Of a stretch of 64,000 nucleotides of DNA, positions 59,201-64,000 are shown one piece after another. Within the stretch, counting starts at the first letter, position 1, and every line of letters starts with the position of its first letter. This DNA comes from Vicugna vicugna (Eukaryota). Location: assembly GCA_013265495.1 (NCBI GenBank), contig MU058883.1, positions 186,001 to 250,000 of the forward strand. Direction: 5' to 3'. A program made the position numbers and the translations under genes. The notes under the pieces are model-generated. The model was not told the DNA's origin and ran no database searches. It saw only the letters and a program-made list of their open reading frames with translations.

Positions 59201-59498
59201 CTGGGGGAGGGACGGAGATCTGGTTCCAGTCCAGGGCTGGCTCACTGCCTCCTTGCCTCCGCAGGCCTCTGAAGGCCTTGGTTTTCCCACCGTCCAGCAG
59301 GCAGGGCAGGGTGACCTGGAGGGTGCCTCGGGGCTCCTGGCAATTTCCGTGACTTCTCAGGGAAGGTGGAGTTTGGGCTCCTGAATGTGGGTGGGGCGCA
59401 CCTCTTGCATCCCTGGCCAGAGGCGGGTGGGGCCTGGCCGCCCAGGCTCCCCTCGCTGCTGCCGCCTCACGCCCGCCCCCTCCTGCAGCCCCAGGACC

Positions 59499-60407
59499 AT
59501 GAACAACAGCACCTGCGGCCAGGAGAAGCCTGGCAGCGCCCAGGTCCTCTACACCTACACGGGCGCGCTCCTCGTGCTGGGCCTGCTGCTCAACATCTGG
59601 GCGCTCTGGGTGCTGTGCCACCGCCTGCAGCGGTGGACGGAGACCCGCGTCTACATGGCCAACCTGGCCGTGGCCGACCTCTGCCTGCTCTGCGCCCTGC
59701 CCTTCTTCCTACACTCCCTGAAGAGGAAAAGCCCCACGGACACGCTGCTCTGCCAGCTCTCCCAGGGCGTCTACCTGGTCAACAGGTACATGAGCATCAG
59801 CCTGGTGATGGCCATCGCCCTGGACCGCTACGTGGCCGTGCGGCACCCGCTGCGCGCCCGCGCGCTCCGCTCCCCGCGGCGGGCCGTGGCCGTGTGCGCG
59901 GCGCTCTGGGCACTGGTGGTCGGCTCCCTGGTGCTTCGCTGGTTCCTGGGGAGGCAGGAGGGCGGCTTCTGCTTCTCCAACAGCTCCCGGCAGAGCTCCT
60001 ACACCACCGTCTTCTCGCTGCTGGGCTTCTACCTGCCGCTGGCCGTGCTGGTCTTCTGCTCCCTGCAGGTGGTGGCCGCCCTGGCCCCGAAGCCAGCGGC
60101 TGACACGGGCCAGGTGGAGTCCACCCAGAAGGCCACCCGCATGGTCTGGGCGAACCTGGTGGTGTTCGTGGTCTGCTTCCTGCCCTTTCACGTGGTGCTG
60201 ACTGTGCAGGTGGCCACGGGCCTGCACTCCTGCGCCCTCCGCCTCGCCCTCGACGTCACTAGCAAACTCTCGTACGCCAACTGCTGCCTGGACGCTGTCT
60301 GCTACTACTACATGGCCAAGGAGTTCCAGGAGGCGTCTGCGCTGGCCACGCCCCCCAGTGCCAAGGCCCGTAAGAGCCAGGAGTCTCTGTGTGTGACCCT
60401 GGCCTAG
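59499..60407 (+). CDS. GPR35: G protein-coupled receptor 35, 302 aa, single coding exon (acceptor at 59494 or 59488)
   Basis: MNNSTC...LGLLLNIWALW...TETRVYMANLAVADLCLLC...NRYMSISLV...DRYVAVRHPLR...NCCLDAVCYYYMAKEFQEAS...KSQESLCVTLA: seven TM segments, DRY, and GPR35-specific TM7 and C-tail. Start context ACCATG follows a pyrimidine tract and CAG. Confidence 0.97.
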   Translation: MNNSTCGQEKPGSAQVLYTYTGALLVLGLLLNIWALWVLCHRLQRWTETRVYMANLAVADLCLLCALPFFLHSLKRKSPTDTLLCQLSQGVYLVNRYMSISLVMAIALDRYVAVRHPLRARALRSPRRAVAVCAALWALVVGSLVLRWFLGRQEGGFCFSNSSRQSSYTTVFSLLGFYLPLAVLVFCSLQVVAALAPKPAADTGQVESTQKATRMVWANLVVFVVCFLPFHVVLTVQVATGLHSCALRLALDVTSKLSYANCCLDAVCYYYMAKEFQEASALATPPSAKARKSQESLCVTLA

Positions 60408-60742
60408 GAGAGGAGCCACAGGCTCCCGGGAAGTGCTGCCCACCGGGGGAGCCCGCGACCAGCAGCAAGGAGCCCCGGGATCAGCCCTGACCTCACTGTG
60501 CGCTGTGGGCACTCTCAGGAGTCCCATGTGGTCAGGACAATCCAGGCGTGGAGCTTGGGGAGGTGACACCCCCACCCCTGGGGTAGAGAAGGGACAGCGA
60601 TGAGGGCAGGAGGACTGGGGCCTGAGCACGGCCAACCCTAGGGACCCCTGGACGGGGCTGCACACCTGTTGTGCCTAGAACTGGGTTCACCTGCGGCACA
60701 GGGGCGGGTGCCTGCTGGGGGCCGTGAGACCCACAGGGCCAG

Positions 60743-60748
60743 AATAAA
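60743..60748 (+). terminator. GPR35 polyadenylation signal AATAAA
   Basis: About 335 nt after the stop, followed by a GT-rich tract. Confidence 0.7.
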
Positions 60749-61440
60749 GCTCTTCTCCTGGGCTGTGTGCGGGCCACTCACGCTCTCATGATGTGTGTGT
60801 GGGGAGGGCCTGGGGCCATCTTCCCTGGTGGCTTTCTAGGACTTTCCACCTGGGGGCTCTCCTTGGGCACTCCCACCTGCTCTCCGCCCCTGCCCCACTC
60901 CCCGTCTGTCTGGAGTTTAGATGGGAGCTGTTTGCAGCATCTGGAAGGGCCATGCTGGAGGCCACGGCCCACTTTCTTCCTCCAGAGCCCCTCGGCCCCT
61001 CAGTGTCTGCAGAGCTGTGCTGGGGGCGGGGGTCAGGGAGGGGCGGTCGAGGGGCACGTGCTTTGGTGCTTCCTTCGGGGGGCGGAGGTAGCTGGAAGTC
61101 CTGCTGGTGGACACCCAGGCTGGTGTGCTGAGCCACCTCTTTGCCTCCCCGTGTGGGGCCGGGCATCCAGACTCAAGCTGGAACAAGTGGAGCTTTTCAG
61201 AGCCCCAGCGGGGGCTGTCCACGTGGGCCTGGGGTCAACCCCAGCTCTGTCTCCCCTTACCTGCGTGTCCTCCGGCCCCGAGGCACCTCCCTGCCCTGTT
61301 CTCCCATCCACGCGATTGCCCAGGCGTGGCAGCCGAGTCCCGGCAGGGCCAGCCTCTCAGGCCTGTGGTCACGCAGTCCCACGAGGCCCCGGGCTCAGGG
61401 CGACCTCGCTCAGAGAGGTGCACTCAAAAGAGTCCACGTG

Positions 61441-61588
61441 AGGGGGTCCTGAGCAAAAGGGGTCTTGCTCAGTGGGGTCCATGCTCAGGGGCATCCTGCT
61501 CAGGGGGTCTGTACTCAGGGTCCCAGGCTTGGGAAGGGTCCATTCTCGGGAGGGGGATCCGTGCTTAGGGGTCCACACTCTGGGGTTC
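61441..61588. repeat. Degenerate 14-18 bp tandem repeat (GGGGTCCATGCTCA-like), about 10 copies
   Basis: Successive GGG(G)TC..(G)CTCA units are visible. Confidence 0.7.
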
Positions 61589-64000
61589 CAACTCACAGGG
61601 CCCCTGCAACTTCAACGGGCTGCCGTCTTCCCGCAGATCAGATGGAGTTCTGAGGGAGAGGCCCGCACTCACTTCTGGGCATGCACGTCGGGTCGGGGCG
61701 GCCCTGCTCTAGTTCTGGGAGCTTCCTGTGTGTTGGCTGGTGGCTCTGGGCTCTGGAGATGTCAAGCTTCCCTCGCTCAGCACGTGGGCCTCCCCAAGGC
61801 ACCTGCCGCAGACGGAACAGCCCCGTCTCTGACTCCGCAGCACCAGGAGCCTCAGGCAGAAGTGGGTGCAGAGCCACTCAGGGCGCTGAGTGCAGGAGTC
61901 TCCAGCCCAGCCCCTCCGTCTGCGTCCCATCTGCACGCGCTCGGCCCCTGGCCCTCCACTGGGCCAGACCTTTCCAGCACTTTGATGATCTGGCCGTCCC
62001 ACACCTGCCCCACCCCGTCCTCCAGCACGGACCAGGGTCCCAGCCTCTACAACCAGGCCTCGGTCCCCTCCGCCTTTGTCCAGCATCGGTGGAGCCGCTG
62101 CCCACTTGCTGGCCCAGGCACTCGGCCTCACCTTCTCACCCCTCCTCAGGCCGCCTCTGGCCCCCAGGCCCTCCCCCCAGGCCGTCCTCAAAGGAGCCCC
62201 GCTCATTTTCTCTTCTCAGGACCCAAGCCTGTTGTCACCTCTGCCCACCCATGTGCCCCGGGCAGGGCTGGCTGTGTTTGTCCTGGGAAGGCACGAGGCG
62301 GGCTGGGCGCGTACGGTGGAGCAGGGACTTGGTGAACGCAGGCGTGTGGTGGCAGGTGGACCCTAGGGGCAGGTGTGCATCGTCTCCTCCCTCCACTCTG
62401 CCTCCTCCCTCGACCTCAGGACACCCCCGGGGCCCCCAGACACGGGCACCAGCCCTGGGACCAGGCCCCCCCACCTCATCCAGTGCTCCCTATGACTCTC
62501 CCCACCCTCTGTCCCCAACAGTGGTCTCCATGGTGCCCACTCCCTTCACCCAGCTGGTGCGCCCCCCACACATGTCCCATACAGTCCTGCCCACGTGTCT
62601 GCACCCTGCCTGGTCCTCCAGCTCCCCCTCCAAACCCTGCCTGCTGTCATCCCAACCCCACCCTGCTGAAGGGGGCACGGCCAAGCTGACACTCTCCAGT
62701 CCCTGACGTCTGTCACCCTGACTCTGCAGGGTTTTCGTTTTCCGAGGGACCAGGAGTATTCTTATCCTAAGGTGGACATCCAGTCCTGTTCTTGACCAGA
62801 CTTGAGAATCCGGGGAGAAAGGCGGAATCGGGCCTGGGGCTTGGCTCCAGTCCTGCTGCCCACCCCGCCGAGTGCTGTGGGAGCGAGGACAGGGGTGCCC
62901 AGATGGCCAGTGTAGAGTGGCAGCAGAAAGGACTTTACACAGGAAGGTTAGATCTCACCAGGTGGTTGTAGCTTCCTAGAGCCCGGTGTTAAGAAGGATT
63001 CTGAGGCTCCCTCTGAGCTCAGAGGCTCAGTGCACTGTGAGACCTGCACAGGTCAAGGCAGAGCTGTCCCTCCACTGCCCACGGGTGCCCCTCACTGGAC
63101 AAGCGTCCCAAGAATTGACTTCTGGGCCCTGATCACAACCCACAGACTGGGCATCTCACACCAGGCCGGCCTCTGAGCCGGGGCAGGCCAAGTCTGCACC
63201 CAGATCCCCCTCAGGGGCTTAGGGGCCGTGTGGCACATCAATCAGGGTGGGTTCACCACGAATGAACAAGGAACAGGCATCGGGAAAAAAAGCTGGTTTG
63301 TTTAGAGGCCGCATCACCAGGAGAGTGGGGCCCAGCACATGGGGACACAAGCTTGTTCTCCCTCTGCTCGATCACACCTGGGGCAGTGTGTCTGGCTGGG
63401 GTGCTGCTCTGTGCGTGGCCACAGTCCCCCTGGGGGATCTGAAGCGGGCTGGCTGTGAGGGGCTTGGGTAGGGCCTGAGGAAGTGTGAGTGCTCAGGAGC
63501 AGCCAGCTGAAGGTGAGGAACCTCCGGGGAAACGGTGGCCATCTGGAACCCCTGAGGAGCCACCAGGGCTGGGTAGCTGCCGAGGACGGACCCAGAGGAC
63601 CACCCAGAACCCCACTGCTCCTGCTCAGACCTGGGTTTGATGCAGCGTCTAAGTGGCCGGCGGCTTTCACGCAGAGACCGAAGGCGCTGCTGGGAAGCCC
63701 CACCCTGCTCGACTCCTGACCGTTTTTATTTTTAAGTTCATCTTAAAAGGAGAGGGCTACACTCTTTTTTCCCAGTATTAGCAGTAATCTTCCTTGCATC
63801 CTTCCCGCTTTGCAGACGACGACTGTGCTCTGACAAAGCCTGTCTTACAGCAGTAAACATCCATCTCCATCCTGAGCACACGAAGAACGAATGTAACGCG
63901 GGGTCCACAGCCGAGGATAACGGGGTCGCCGTGCGGCGGGGGCCCTGAACACCCTTGTCTGTCTAGGTCACTGCCATCACTCAGGGCACGGGGGAAGACA

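Noticed and set aside
58953-60665. Long minus-strand ORFs (222 aa and 318 aa) opposite GPR35
   Set aside because: Antisense shadows of a CDS with high GC at third positions; no recognisable domain, and they largely coincide with the sense ORF.
60800-64000. Start of the next syntenic gene (AQP12 side)
   Set aside because: No aquaporin or other recognisable coding exon is seen in the remaining sequence.

Overview
GC-rich mammalian euchromatin, not microbial DNA. The window is the block syntenic to human 2q37.3: (ANKMY1 5' end, minus strand, inferred) - DUSP28 (+, 2 exons) - RNPEPL1 (+, 11 exons) - CAPN10 (+, 12 exons) - GPR35 (+, single coding exon). Two short tRNA-derived SINEs of the camelid type suggest the source is a camel, llama or alpaca. 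I traced exon boundaries by hand; the spliced frames close to 173 aa (DUSP28), about 713 aa (RNPEPL1), 656 aa (CAPN10) and 302 aa (GPR35). Four N-runs all fall on coding sequence and hide the DUSP28 catalytic loop, two parts of RNPEPL1 exon 1 and all of RNPEPL1 exon 8. Intergenic DNA carries ordinary old repeats (L1M, L2, MIR, MLT1, MER3, MER5, Tigger-like). I see no convincing wholly new multi-gene system. The best leads are: out-of-frame overlapping uORFs on CAPN10 (60 aa, with a hydrophobic stretch) and DUSP28 (48 aa); a GC-AG intron in CAPN10; a GPR35 with an altered ligand pocket, a reciprocal Tyr/Asp swap in TM7 and a possible Cys-rich 38-aa N-terminal extension; a 10-codon deletion in RNPEPL1; and promoter-like elements (an RFX X-box and an ETS/GC-box cluster inside the DUSP28 intron). 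All comparisons with human or rodent proteins are from memory and need an alignment. Repeat family names are by eye.
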